From positions 372,744,001 to 372,808,000 of the forward strand of contig OZ024741.1 in NCBI GenBank assembly GCA_964016885.1: 64,000 nucleotides of DNA, in the 5' to 3' direction. Both the position numbers and the translations under genes were made by a program. The notes under the pieces are model-generated. The model did no database searches. It saw only the letters and a program-made list of their open reading frames with translations, and was not told where the DNA came from. The stretch is from Eledone cirrhosa. Taxonomy: Eukaryota. This document shows, piece by piece, positions 13,975 to 26,071 of this stretch. The stretch's first letter is position 1. Each line of letters begins with the position of its first letter.

Positions 13975-16900
13975 TGCACGCAGTCCAATAAAATGTTAGA
14001 CTGGTGCCATAATAAAATGAACCCTGTCTATGATGTAAAGTGGTAGTGTGGTGCAATGATAAAATATACCAAGTACATGCTGTAAAGTTATAGTGCTGGT
14101 GCCATAATAAAATACACCCAGTACATGCTGTAAAGTGGTTGTGCTGGTGCTATGATAAAATGCACGCAGTCTATGCTGTAAAGTGGTAGTGCAGTGCCAT
14201 GATAAAATGCATCCAGTACATGCTGTAAAGTGGTAGTGCAGTGCCATGATAAAATGCATCCAGTACATGCTGTAAAGTGGTAGTGCAGTGCCATGATAAA
14301 ATGCATCCAGTACCTGCTGTAAAGTGGTAGTGCAGTGCCATGATAAAATGCATCCAGTACATGCTGTAAAGTGGTAGTGCAGTGCCATGATAAAATGCAT
14401 CCAGTACATGCTGTAAAGTGGTAGTGCTGTGCCATGATAAAATGCATCCAGTACATGCTGTAAAGTGGTAGTGCAGTGCCATGATAAAATGCATCCAGTA
14501 CATGCTGTAAAGTGGTAGTGCAGTGCCATGATAAAATGCACCCAGTCTATGCTGTAAAGTGGTAGTGCTGTGCCATGATAAAATGCATCCAGTACCTGCT
14601 GTAAAGTGGTAGTGCAGTGCCATGATAAAATGCATCCAGTACCTGCTGTAAAGTGGTAGTGCTGTGCTATGATAAAATGCATCTAGTCTATGCTGTAAAG
14701 TGGTTGTGCTGTGCCATGATAAAATGTACCTAGTCTATGCTGTAAAGTGGTAGTGCAGTGCCATGATAAAATGCATCCAGTACCTGCTGTAAAGTGGTAG
14801 TGCTGTGCCATGATAAAATGCATCTAGTCTATGCTGTAAAGTGGTAGTGCTGTGCCATGATAAAATGTACCTAGTCTATGCTGTAAAGTGGTAGTGCTGT
14901 GCCATGATAAAATGCATCTAGTCTATGCTGTAAAGTGGTAGTGCTGTGCCATGATAAAATGTACCTAGTCTATGCTGTAAAGTGGTAGTGCTGTGCCATG
15001 ATAAAATGTACCTAGTCTATGCTGTAAAGTGGTAGTGCTGTGCCATGATAAAATGTACCTAGTCTATGCTGTAAAGTGGTAGTGCAGTGCCATGATAAAA
15101 TGCATCCAGTACCTGCTGTAAAGTGGTAGTGCTGTGCCATGATAAAATGTACCTAGTCTATGCTGTAAAGTGGTAGTGCTGTGCCATGATAAAATGTACC
15201 TAGTCTATGCTGTAAAGTGGTAGTGCTGTGCCATGATAAAATGTACCTAGTCTATGCTGTAAAGTGGTAGTGCTGTGCCATGATAAAATGTACCTAGTCT
15301 ATGCTGTAAAGTGGTAGTGCTGTGCCATGATAAAATGTACCTAGTCTATGCTGTAAAGTGGTAGTGCAGTGCCATGATAAAATGCATCCAGTACCTGCTG
15401 TAAAGTGGTAGTGCTGTGCCATGATAAAATGTACCTAGTCTATGCTGTAAAGTGGTAGTGCAGTGCCATGATAAAATGCATCCAGTACCTGCTGTAAAGT
15501 GGTAGTGCTGTGCCATGATAAAATGTACCTAGTCTATGCTGTAAAGTGGTAGTGCTGTGCCATGATAAAATGTACCTAGTCTATGCTGTAAAGTGGTAGT
15601 GCTGTGCCATGATAAAATGTACCTAGTCTATGCTGTAAAGTGGTAGTGCTGTGCCATGATTAAATGTACCTAGTCTATGCTGTAAAGTGGTAGTGCTGTG
15701 CCATGATAAAATGTACCTAGTCTATGCTGTAAAGTGGTAGTGCTGTGCCATGATAAAATGCATCCAGTACCTGCTGTAAAGTGGTAGTGCTGTGCCATGA
15801 TAAAATGTACCTAGTCTATGCTGTAAAGTGGTAGTGCTGTGCCATGATTAAATGTACCTAGTCTATGCTGTAAAGTGGTAGTGCAGTGCCATGATAAAAT
15901 GTACCTAGTCTATGCTGTAAAGTGGTAGTGCTGTGCCATGATAAAATGCATCTAGTCTATGCTGTAAAGTGGTAGTGCTGTGCCATGATAAAATGTACCT
16001 AGTCTATGCTGTAAAGTGGTAGTGCTGTGCCATGATAAAATGTACCTAGTCTATGCTGTAAAGTGGTAGTGCTGTGCCATGATAAAATGCATCTAGTCTA
16101 TGCTGTAAAGTGGTAGTGCTGTGCCATGATAAAATGCATCTAGTCTATGCTGTAAAGTGGTAGTGCTGTGCCATGATAAAATGTACCTAGTCTATGCTGT
16201 AAAGTGGTAGTGCTGTGCCATGATAAAATGTACCTAGTCTATGCTGTAAAGTGGTAGTGCTGTGCCATGATAAAATGCATCTAGTCTATGCTGTAAAGTG
16301 GTAGTGCAGTGCCATGATAAAATGCATCTAGTCTATGCTGTAAAGTGGTAGTGCAGTGCCATGATAAAATGCATCTAGTCTATGCTGTAAAGTGGTAGTG
16401 CTGTGCCATGATAAAATGCATCTAGTCTATGCTGTAAAGTGGTAGTGCTGTGCCATGATAAAATGTACCTAGTCTATGCTGTAAAGTGGTAGTGCTGTGC
16501 CATGATAAAATGTACCTAGTCTATGCTGTAAAGTGGTAGTGCTGTGCCATGATAAAATGCATCCAGTACCTGCTGTAAAGTGGTAGTGCTGTGCCATGAT
16601 AAAATGCATCTAGTCTATGCTGTAAAGTGGTAGTGCTGTGCCATGATAAAATGCATCTAGTCTATGCTGTAAAGTGGTAGTGCAGTGCCATGATAAAATG
16701 TACCTAGTCAATGCTGTAAAGTGGTAGTGCTGTGCCATGATAAAATGTACCTAGTATATGCTGTAAAGTGGTAGTGCTGTGCCATGATAAAATGTACCTA
16801 GTCTATGCTGTAAAGTGGTAGTGCTGTGCCATGATAAAATGTACCTAGTCTATGCTGTAAAGTGGTAGTGCTGTGCCATGATAAAATGTACCTAGTCTAT

Positions 16901-18455
16901 GCTGTAAAGTGGTAGTGCAGTGCCATGATAAAATGCATCCAGTACCTGCTGTAAAGTGGTACTGCTGTGCCATGATAAAATGTACCTAGTCTATGCTGTA
17001 AAGTGGTAGTGCTGTGCCATGATAAAATGTACCTAGTCTATGCTGTAAAGTGGTAGTGCTGTGCCATGATAAAATGCATCCAGTACCTGCTGTAAAGTGG
17101 TAGTGCTGTGCCATGATAAAATGTATCCAGTACCTGCTGTAAAGTGGTAGTGCTGTGCCATGATAAAATGCATCCAGTCTATGCTGTAAAGTGGTAGTGC
17201 TGTGCCATGATAAAATGCATCCAGTCTATGCTGTAAAGTGGTAGTGCTGTGCCATGATAAAATGTACCTAGTCTATGCTGTAAAGTGGTTGTGCTGTGCC
17301 ATGATAAAATGTACCTAGTCTATGCTGTAAAGTGGTAGTGCTGTGCCATGATAAAATGTACCTAGTCTATGCTGTAAAGTGGTAGTGCTGTGCCATGATA
17401 AAATGCATCCAGTCTATGCTGTAAAGTGGTAGTGCTGTGCCATGATAAAATGCATCCAGTCTATGCTGTAAAGTGGTAGTGCTGTGCCATGATAAAATGC
17501 ATCCAGTCTATGCTGTAAAGTGGTAGTGCTGTGCCATGATAAAATGCATCCAGTCTATGCTGTAAAGTGGTAGTGCTGTGCCATGATAAAATGTACCTAG
17601 TCTATGCTGTAAAGTGGTTGTGCTGTGCCATGATAAAATGTACCTAGTCTATGCTGTAAAGTGGTAGTGCTGTGCCATGATAAAATGTACCTAGTCTATG
17701 CTGTAAAGTGGTAGTGCTGTGCCATGATAAAATGCATCCAATCTATGCTGTAAAGTGGTAGTGCTGTGCCATGATAAAATGTACCTAGTCTATGCTGTAA
17801 AGTGGTAGTGCTGTGCCATGATAAAATGCATCCAGTACCTGCTGTAAAGTGGTAGTGCTGTGCCATGATAAAATGCATCCAGTCTATGCTGTAAAGTGGT
17901 AGTGCAGTGCCATGATAAAATGCATTTAGTCTATGCTGTAAAGTGGTAGTGCTGTGGGCATGATAAAATGCATCCAGTACCTGCTGTAAAGTGGTAGTGC
18001 TGTGCTATGATAAAATGCATCTAGTCTATGCTGTAAAGTGGTAGTGCAGTGCCATGATAAAATGCATCTAGTCTATGCTGTAAAGTGGTAGTGCAGTGCC
18101 ATGATAAAATGAACCAAATCTATGTTGTAAAGTGGTAGTGCTGGTGCCATGATAAAATGAACCCAATCTATGTTGTAAAGTGGTAGTGCTGGTGCCATGA
18201 TAAAATGTACCTAGTCTATGCTGTAAAGTGGAAGTGCTGGTGCCATGATAAAATGAACCCAATCTATGTTGTAAAGTGGTAGTGCTGGTGCCATGATAAA
18301 ATGAACCCAATCTATGTTGTAAAGTGGTAGTGCTGGTGCCATGATAAAATGTACCTAGTCTATGCTGTAAAGTGGTAGTGCTGGTGCCATGATAAAATGA
18401 ACCCAATCTATGTTGTAATGCAGTAGTGCTAGTGCTATCGTAAAATGCACCCAGT
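13975..18455. repeat. 47-bp minisatellite (about 95 copies; 48-bp variants at both edges) embedded in a SINE
   Basis: Unit GTGCCATGATAAAATG(C/T)A(T/C)C(C/T)AGT(AC/CT)(A/C)TGCTGTAAAGTGGTAGTGC(A/T); SINE 3' body resumes at about 18456-18590 (ctgtccaacccatgctagcatgg...gatg). Confidence 0.97.
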
Positions 18456-21139
18456 CTAGCTATAGAAACCATGCCAAAATTGAACATCTGAGCGAGGCAT
18501 AGTCATTCTGTCTAATCTCAGAATATGACATTCTGTCCAACCCATGCTAGCATGGTAAACAGATGTAAAATGGTGAGAATGACGATGTTGATAAATATTT
18601 CATCATGAATCACTGTATTTCTCTCTTTTTCTCGAAGAAATTGTCTGTTTTTAGATCTGGAGAGTGATGGTCAACTCCAGATTTAAATAATCAAGACACG
18701 CTTATATCATTTGAGTGCCCCTACAACTCCATCGGGAATTCAGGGCTCATGATTGATGGATAGAATATATAATCATTCAATTATCATAGAGAATATGTAA
18801 TTTTTACTTCACTTTTGATTGTGAAGTTGTAGAATATTTTGTCATAGCCATACTGGAAGTAAATTGATCAACAACATCCCAGACTTCATTCGCTTACCAA
18901 GTTGGGTAGAACTTGTCAAATTGGACCAAGGAAACAATGTTTCCATTGGTCTTTCCATGGAAGATAGTGGTAGTAAAGCATTATATTATTAATTGTTTCT
19001 ACTTATGGCACAAGGCTAGCAATTACCCAGTACATTACTGGTACTTTATTTTATCGACCCCGTAAGGATGAAAGGCAAAGTTAACCTCAGCGGGATTTGA
19101 ACTCAGAACGTAAAGAGACGTAACTGTGCTGCAAAGCATGGTGTCTGACCCTCTACCGATACTGCCAATCCACCACCCTATATTAACGGGGTTCGACGAC
19201 ATGCTTTCCAGCATAGTTATGCCCCTTTACGAACTGAGTTCAAATCCCGCCGAGGTTAACTTTGCCTTTCATCCTTACGTGGTCGATAAAATAAAGTACC
19301 AGTAATGTACTGGGATAATTGCTGGCCTTGTGCCAAAAGTAGAAACAATTATATTATTAATATTTGATCCTAGGGCAGAAACATTAGACTGTCGGACAAA
19401 ATGTTTTGCAGCTTTTAGTTACAACTTTATACATTCTGAGTTCAAAGCCTTACATCATTCTGGGATCGATAAAATAAATTACTATTACTGAGGTCGATAT
19501 AATTGAATTTCTCCTTCCCCCAAAATGACTGGCTTTGTGCTTATGTTTGAAAGAAAGAATTACCATATATACTCGAATATAAGTCAATCTGAACATAAGT
19601 CCCCCCTCTCCCAATTTTATGTCTGAAAAATGGGCAAAAATCCAAACCTCATTTATAAGCCGAGGCAGCTCATCAATACATTGTTTAAATGGTGTATTTT
19701 ATCACTGATATTTTGGTCACATATTTCTTGGTTTATATTCAACTTTATACAGTATTAATATTTCATCAGATAAATCCAAAATCCATTACACAGAGGTCCA
19801 TTAAACCTTTAGCATTTAAACCAGCCATATGCAGCCAGAATTCACTCACCACTTTCTGTTCAAACTGGCTGTAACTGGCCACTCATACTTAAGTTATAGT
19901 TCTCAAAATAAATAATATCAAAATCTTGTAGATTTGATATTATGTGAGATAATTATGTGAGGTAAAGCCTTTACCACGAAAATATAATAGTATATATAGA
20001 GTAATGTAAACCAAAAGTTTACTATATTACAATTTTTGTTGAGTTATAAGAAAAAATTATTATGTTTTAAAGAAATGAATTTATGGTGTTGTTGCTGGAA
20101 AAAATACCCTCAGGAAATGAATGTGCAAGTGACTGAGCATTCCACCTTTAATGTAGTCCTCATGGAGCTTTAGTGTAACAATGAATGTGACAAGTCTGGA
20201 TCTTTGAAATACAGGTACAGCTCATTTTTTTTGCCAGCTGAGTAGACTGGAGAAACATGAAGTAAAGTGTCTTGTTCAAGGACACTATATATTACATGCA
20301 ATTGATTTACGACCCTACAATTGTGAGCTAAATACCCCAACCTCTAAGTTGCATGCCTTCACAATATATCTATTATCCATAACAAAAAAAAAAAACACTT
20401 TAGAAATGAAGTGAAAGACCATTGTAAAAACGTATCAAATATAAAAATAGGGAAAAGAAAGAAGTTGATTCTCAGATTGGACGAAGGAAACTATATCTTT
20501 ATTGGTCTTTCTATAGCTAATACTTCTGGCAGAATTATCACTGTTTTTCTGGTAAAAGGTGGAGAAAATTGAACTCAAAATGCACAGAACCAGACCAGAT
20601 ATCATAAAATATCCTATCCAACATTTTAACAATTTTGCCAATCCATAATTCCTGGACTGGTATTTTATTTATCAACACCAAAAGGATATATAGTGAAGCT
20701 GACCTCGACTGAATTTGAATTCCGACTGCATAGGACCCCTCAGACCTGTCAAGGACATAACAGCCTCCCTAGTGTTGGTGATCTACACGATAAATGCACC
20801 TGGTGGTTGGTGATATGAAGGGCATCTGCCGAACAAAGAGTTGGGCAGACTCTTCTGTTGTGTCAAGACATGACAACTTCTCCTGTGCACTCGGTGGAGT
20901 GTCAACCGTATATAAGCGAGACAAAGGTCCCTATCCTTCCTGGGAGATCAGTAGCCACTGCTTCAATACTGACTTGGTCTATGTAGACCTGTCCAACCTT
21001 TGCTAGCAGGGAAAGTGGATGTTAAAACAATGATGATGATGACTGCATAGAGCCACAACAAACACCAAGGTATTTAAACCGAGTAAGCTGATGTTCAAAA
21101 GACTTTGTCAATTTGCTGCCAAAGATAAAGCATACTTAC

Positions 21140-21239
21140 TTGTGTTCACTAAATACTGGTTTGTCACCCCGGGATGGTCAACATCATGAATAGCACAAGC
21201 AAATATTGCTGCCAGAACTTCAAGGTCAGTGAATACATT
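21140..21239 (-). CDS. PDE4: PDE4 exon (100 bp) with HDVDHPG class I PDE signature
   Basis: ttccAG|AAT...ACA A|GTaagt; [33 protein letters not shown]; read manually. Confidence 0.97.
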
Positions 21240-21432
21240 CTGGAATGAAAAGGATTTAGATTTAGAACATCAAACCAAAATACTTAATCATAATATAATA
21301 AAGAGAGGAGCGCAGTATTGTGTTCTGAATATTTTTTTATCCCGTTTTTAAAATAAGTTGGATTTCTTTGAATAAATAAGGAATGAATATTACATAATTT
21401 ATGTACTAAATTTCATAGTTGTTGATTAAACA

Positions 21433-21790
21433 TAATAATAATAATAATGAAATGATTGTGTAAAGTGCTCAGGTGCACTACAACTCGTCAAAGGTGCATA
21501 TATAGTACATAGAATAATATACAAATGTCAGGGAAGTGAATAGTGTATGAGTCATGATATACATGTGTGTATGTGTATGGAGGGGGAACATTAGGTGTAG
21601 TGGTGGCGAATCTCGGGAAGCATGGAGGCCTTAAAGGATGCAGTGTCTCGACAGCTAACAACTGATGCAGGTAGTTTGTTCCATGCTTCAGCAACTCTGA
21701 GCGTGAAAAAATGTTTCCGAAAGTCATGGGAGCTGTACTGTTTTCTGACTTTGTTGGCATGCCCACATGTGTTAAACACATGTAAATCAA
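21433..21790 (-). mobile_element. CR1-type LINE 3' fragment
   Basis: TCGHANKVRKQYSSHDFRKHFFTLRVAEAWNKLPASVV...FKASML resembles the CR1 ORF2 C-terminal motif; followed by 3' UTR and (ATT)n tail. Confidence 0.85.
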
Positions 21791-22579
21791 AAATGTACTC
21801 AGGGTTGTTGTTGGCAAGATGGTTAATAAATATTCTGATATATAATGGTTGTTTATTTTAAGATTCACTTCTTTTAAAATTTTCAAATGTCAATGCTTCC
21901 GGTTATGATATAACGGACGCTATATCACATATCACTTATATAAACGTTCATATATTTGCATTGTTATATCATAACATTTATATTTCTGTCGCTAATTTCC
22001 TCCTTTTTCGTTTTCATTGCATTTCACAGTAATACAGTTTATATATATTATCTTTTTTAAATGTATCATGGATTACTTTACTGATTACAGAAGACAGTGT
22101 AACACAGTGTCTCTTCAATTTCTGTGCATATTGCCAATTATGATTTTATTTGACATATCATATCTACAACATATATATTTGCAGATAATATCAATATGCA
22201 CACTTCACAGTATTAATAATAGTTTCTAATTAAGGCACAAGACCAATCATTTTTGGGGAGGGGAAGTCGATTAAATCAACCCCAGTGCATTACTGGTACT
22301 TTATTTTAACCACCCTGTAAGAATGGAAGACAAAGCTAACCTCAGCAAGCTTTGAACTCAGACTGTAAAGGGATGTAACTCTATGATGTAGCTCTGGTGC
22401 TATACAGAAGACTCACCCTCCCACATGCAGGAGCTGAGGCATACATCTAGTATGCACCACTTTCCCTCCCATCACCCCTCCCATACACCTCCATGGCTGT
22501 AATCACCCCACCCCTATATCTGCCTTCCCAATCCCACATGCAGCTCCCCCATCCAAGTTCCCAATCCACACCATCCTGG

Positions 22580-23185
22580 AGCCACTACAATAAGTGCCCA
22601 GTCCCACTGTAAAGTGGTCATATAGGTGTCACAAAAAAAAGCACCCAGTCCACACTGTAAAGAGGTTGTGTAGGTGACATGACAAAAGGTGTCCAGTCCA
22701 CACCATAAAGTGGTCATGTAGGTGTCCCGACAAACAGTATCCAGTCCACACTGTAAAGGGGTCATGTACGTGACACAACAAAAAGTGTCCAGTCCACACT
22801 TTAAAGTGGTCATATAGGTGACATGACAAAAAGTGCCCAGTTCACACCATAAAGTGTCCAGTCCACACCATAAAGTGTCCAGTCCACACTGTAAAGTGGT
22901 TGTGTAGGTGTCATGACAAAAAGCACCCAGTCCACACTGTAAAGTGGTAATGTAGGTGTCACAACAAAAAGCACCCAGTGCACACTGTAAAGTGGTCATG
23001 TAGGTGTCACAACAAAAAGCACCCAGTGCACACTGTAAAGTGGTCATGTAGGTGTCACGACAAAAAGCACCCAGTCCACACTGTAAAGTGGTCATATAGG
23101 AGTCACTATAAAAAGCGTCTAGCCCACACTGTAAAGTGGTTGTGAAAGTGTCAGGACAAAAAGCATCCAGTAGACACTGTAAATG
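22580..23185. repeat. Diverged 48-bp minisatellite (about 12 copies) inside a SINE; same seed segment as the 47-bp array
   Basis: Unit GTGTCACAACAAAAAGCACCCAGTCCACACTGTAAAGTGGTCATGTAG; continues into SINE 3' body (ttaggaagg..catccagccatagaaacc...gatgatgat). Confidence 0.9.
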
Positions 23186-23434
23186 TGGTTGACATTAGGA
23201 AGGTCATCCAGCCATAGAAACCAAGCCCAAATCAGTTTTGTGTGAGCAAAACTCAGTCCTCAGACCTGGTTGTCTCATAACGAGACAGCACGTCCTACCC
23301 ACGGAAGCGTAGAAAATGGATATTAAACAATGATGATGATGATGATTAATGTAAAGAGGCTGAGCAGATACTGTGAAGCATCTGTCTGAAGCGCTAGTGA
23401 CTCTGCCAATCAATTGTCCTATCTAATATTAATA

Positions 23435-24780
23435 ATGGTTTCTGATTTAGGCACAAGGGTAGCAATTTTGTAGGAGGGAAAAGTCAATTAAATCAACCTT
23501 TGTCCATTCCTGGTACTTTATTTTATCAACTCCATAAGGATGAAAGGCAGAGCTAACCTTGGCAGGATTTGAACTCAGAACGAAAAGGGATGTAACTATA
23601 TGTTTAATATTAATAATTGTTTCTACTTTTGGCACAAGGCCAGCAATTAACCAGTACATTATGGTATTTTATTTAATCGACTCCGTAAGGATGAAAGGCA
23701 AAGTTAACCTCGGCGGGATTTGAACTCAGATCGTAAAGGGACGTAACCATGCTGGAAAGCATGGCATCTGACTCTCATTAATAATGGTTTCTGATTTAGA
23801 CACAAGGTCAGCAATTTTGGGGGAGGGGAAAGTTGATTAAATCGATCCCAGTGTATTACTGGTACTTTATTTTATCGACTCCATTAGGATGAAAGGTAAA
23901 GCAAGCCTCGGCAGGATTTCAACTTAGAATGTAAATAGCTGTAACTATATGCTACACAGCATATTGTCCAATGCTCTACCAATACTGCCAATCCACTGCC
24001 CTATGTTTAATATTAATAATTGTTTCTACTTTTGGCACAAGGCCAGCAAATACCCAGTACATTACTGGTACTTTATTTTATCGACCCCGTAAGGATGAAA
24101 GGCAAAGTTAACCTTGGTGGGATTTGAACTCAGATCATAAAGGGATGTAACTCTAAGCTGGAAAGCATGGCGTCAGACCCTCTACCGATACTGCCAATCC
24201 ACCACCCTTTTAATATTTAATATTAATAATAAAATATAAAATACTTAAGGATTTCTAATACAGACACTGGGTGTAAATTTTGCAAATCAATTTGAGAGGA
24301 TGCTGAACTCATAATGTAAAGGCATCTTATTAAATACTGCAAGGTATTTTGTCCATTATTTTACTGATTCTGATCTTTAAAATAAATAATTCTTTCTAAC
24401 ATTGGCACAAAGCCAACAATCTAAGGGAATGGGAAAGTCGACTAAATTGACCCCAGTACTTGACTGGTACTTTATTTTACTGACCCATGAAAAGATGAAA
24501 GGTAAAGTTGAACTTAGCAGGAAGTGAACTTGAAACATAAAAAAAACATAACTAAATATTGATTTCTAATTTTGACACAAGGCCAGCAACAATTTTGGAG
24601 GACGAGAAAGTCAATTAAATCAGCTCCAGTACTTGACTGGTACTTTATTTTATCGGCCCATGAAAGGATAAAAGACAAAGCGGTCCTTGGTGGGATTTGA
24701 AATCAGACCATAAAAGGCTGCAACTAATTATTGCCATGTATTTTGTTCAATGATCTACTGGTACTGCCAAACCATTGCCT

Positions 24781-24821
<41 letters not shown>

Positions 24822-26071
24822 ATGGTTTCTAATATAGGTCTTCTTGGTTGTCCATCGTAAACGATGATGACAGACATCTTCTTTATTGTTGTTCCCGTCT
24901 GCCGTGGGTACGAATGTGGCTGTGGAGGCCGATCCTTGACTTGCAGGTCCGGGGACAGTGGGGCAGGGGAAGAGACTGGAGTCAGACTGGCAACTCCCAG
25001 AGGTTACCTCCACGTGTTACCTCCACCTCTCGCCCATCGCCGCAGGGCTTTGGGAGTGCACGCTAAAGAAGAAACCTGTGCGGGAAAGGTTTATAGTGGG
25101 AGGGCCAGTGCACAGTGACAGTCCCACTCACTCGGCCACAGAAGCCAGAATCCGGTGGTACGGAAGACTGTCACGACCAGGGACTTCCTTGACTGCAGTT
25201 GATTGCCACAGCGTCTGTAGTGGCTTGCCGTACCCTAGCACTCCACACCGCTTGCTGTCGCCGCCTTTGTGACCGTTGGGACGATGTTGTCCTCCACTCT
25301 GCCGGGTCCAGTCTTCGCATGCAGGGGTAGGCATCCCCTATCTAACTCACCGGGGGGTTTCAGACTCGTCTGGCTACTCTCAACCTGGTTAGACTCACCA
25401 GCCAAGGCGGGACCCAATGCAGGACGAGCTGTCCTGAAAAGGGCATGGCTAGCCCTCCCTACAGAGGTACATGCCTTCCCTGACACCCCAGTATATACAC
25501 ACGCATATACACATACATATGTACATGTGTATATACATATTTACATATTTTTGGATGGCATTTGACTCTTATGAGTTCTTCCGCCCTTTGTCAGGTTTTG
25601 TTTTTTGTCCTGCAGGGTGTCCAAAATCACCCTCCTTGGTGAGGTTGCCAATTTAGTCGCCGACGACCCGACCATGCGACAGGTTGTACTGATTTACATG
25701 TTACCAGTAGCACTCAAGAGTGACCTAATATAGGTACGAGGCCAGCAATTTCATAGAAGGGAAAAGTTGATTAAATTTACCCCAGTACTTAACTGGAACT
25801 TTATTTTATCAACTCTTGAAGGATGAAAGGAAAAGTTGATCTTGGTAGGATTTGAACTCAGAAACCATTTTGTCCAATGCTCAACTGATACTGCCAAGCC
25901 ACTGCCCGTTGGCTAATTTAGGCACAAAGCCAGTAATTTGTGGAGATGGGAAAGTCAGTTACATCAACCCCAGTATCTTACTGGTAGTTTATTTTATTAA
26001 CCTCCAACAGGATGAATGGCAAAGATGACCATGGCAGGATTTGAACTCAGAAAATAGAATGTAACTAAATA
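23435..26071 (-). mobile_element. Head-to-tail cluster of about 8 family-A SINE copies, some truncated or nested
   Basis: Repeated GGATGAAAGGCAAAG...GGATTTGAACTCAG blocks in the same orientation; one copy split by the insertion at 24840-25724. Confidence 0.85.
24840..25724 (-). mobile_element. Non-autonomous bipartite RTE element (5' UTR joined to ORF 3' end), 885 bp, inserted in a SINE
   Basis: 11-bp TSD CTAATATAGGT (24829-39, 25725-35); 3' part encodes FPCPHCPRTCKSRIGLHSHIRTH (RTE C-terminal C2H2 finger) and ends in caagaag; long GC-rich RTE-like 5' UTR; no endonuclease or RT. Confidence 0.85.

Noticed and set aside
13996-18487. ORFs with HFIMALHYHFTA / HRLGSFYHGTSTTTLQ repeats
   Set aside because: Translations of the 47/48-bp minisatellite; the 47-nt period shifts frame each unit; no coding evidence.
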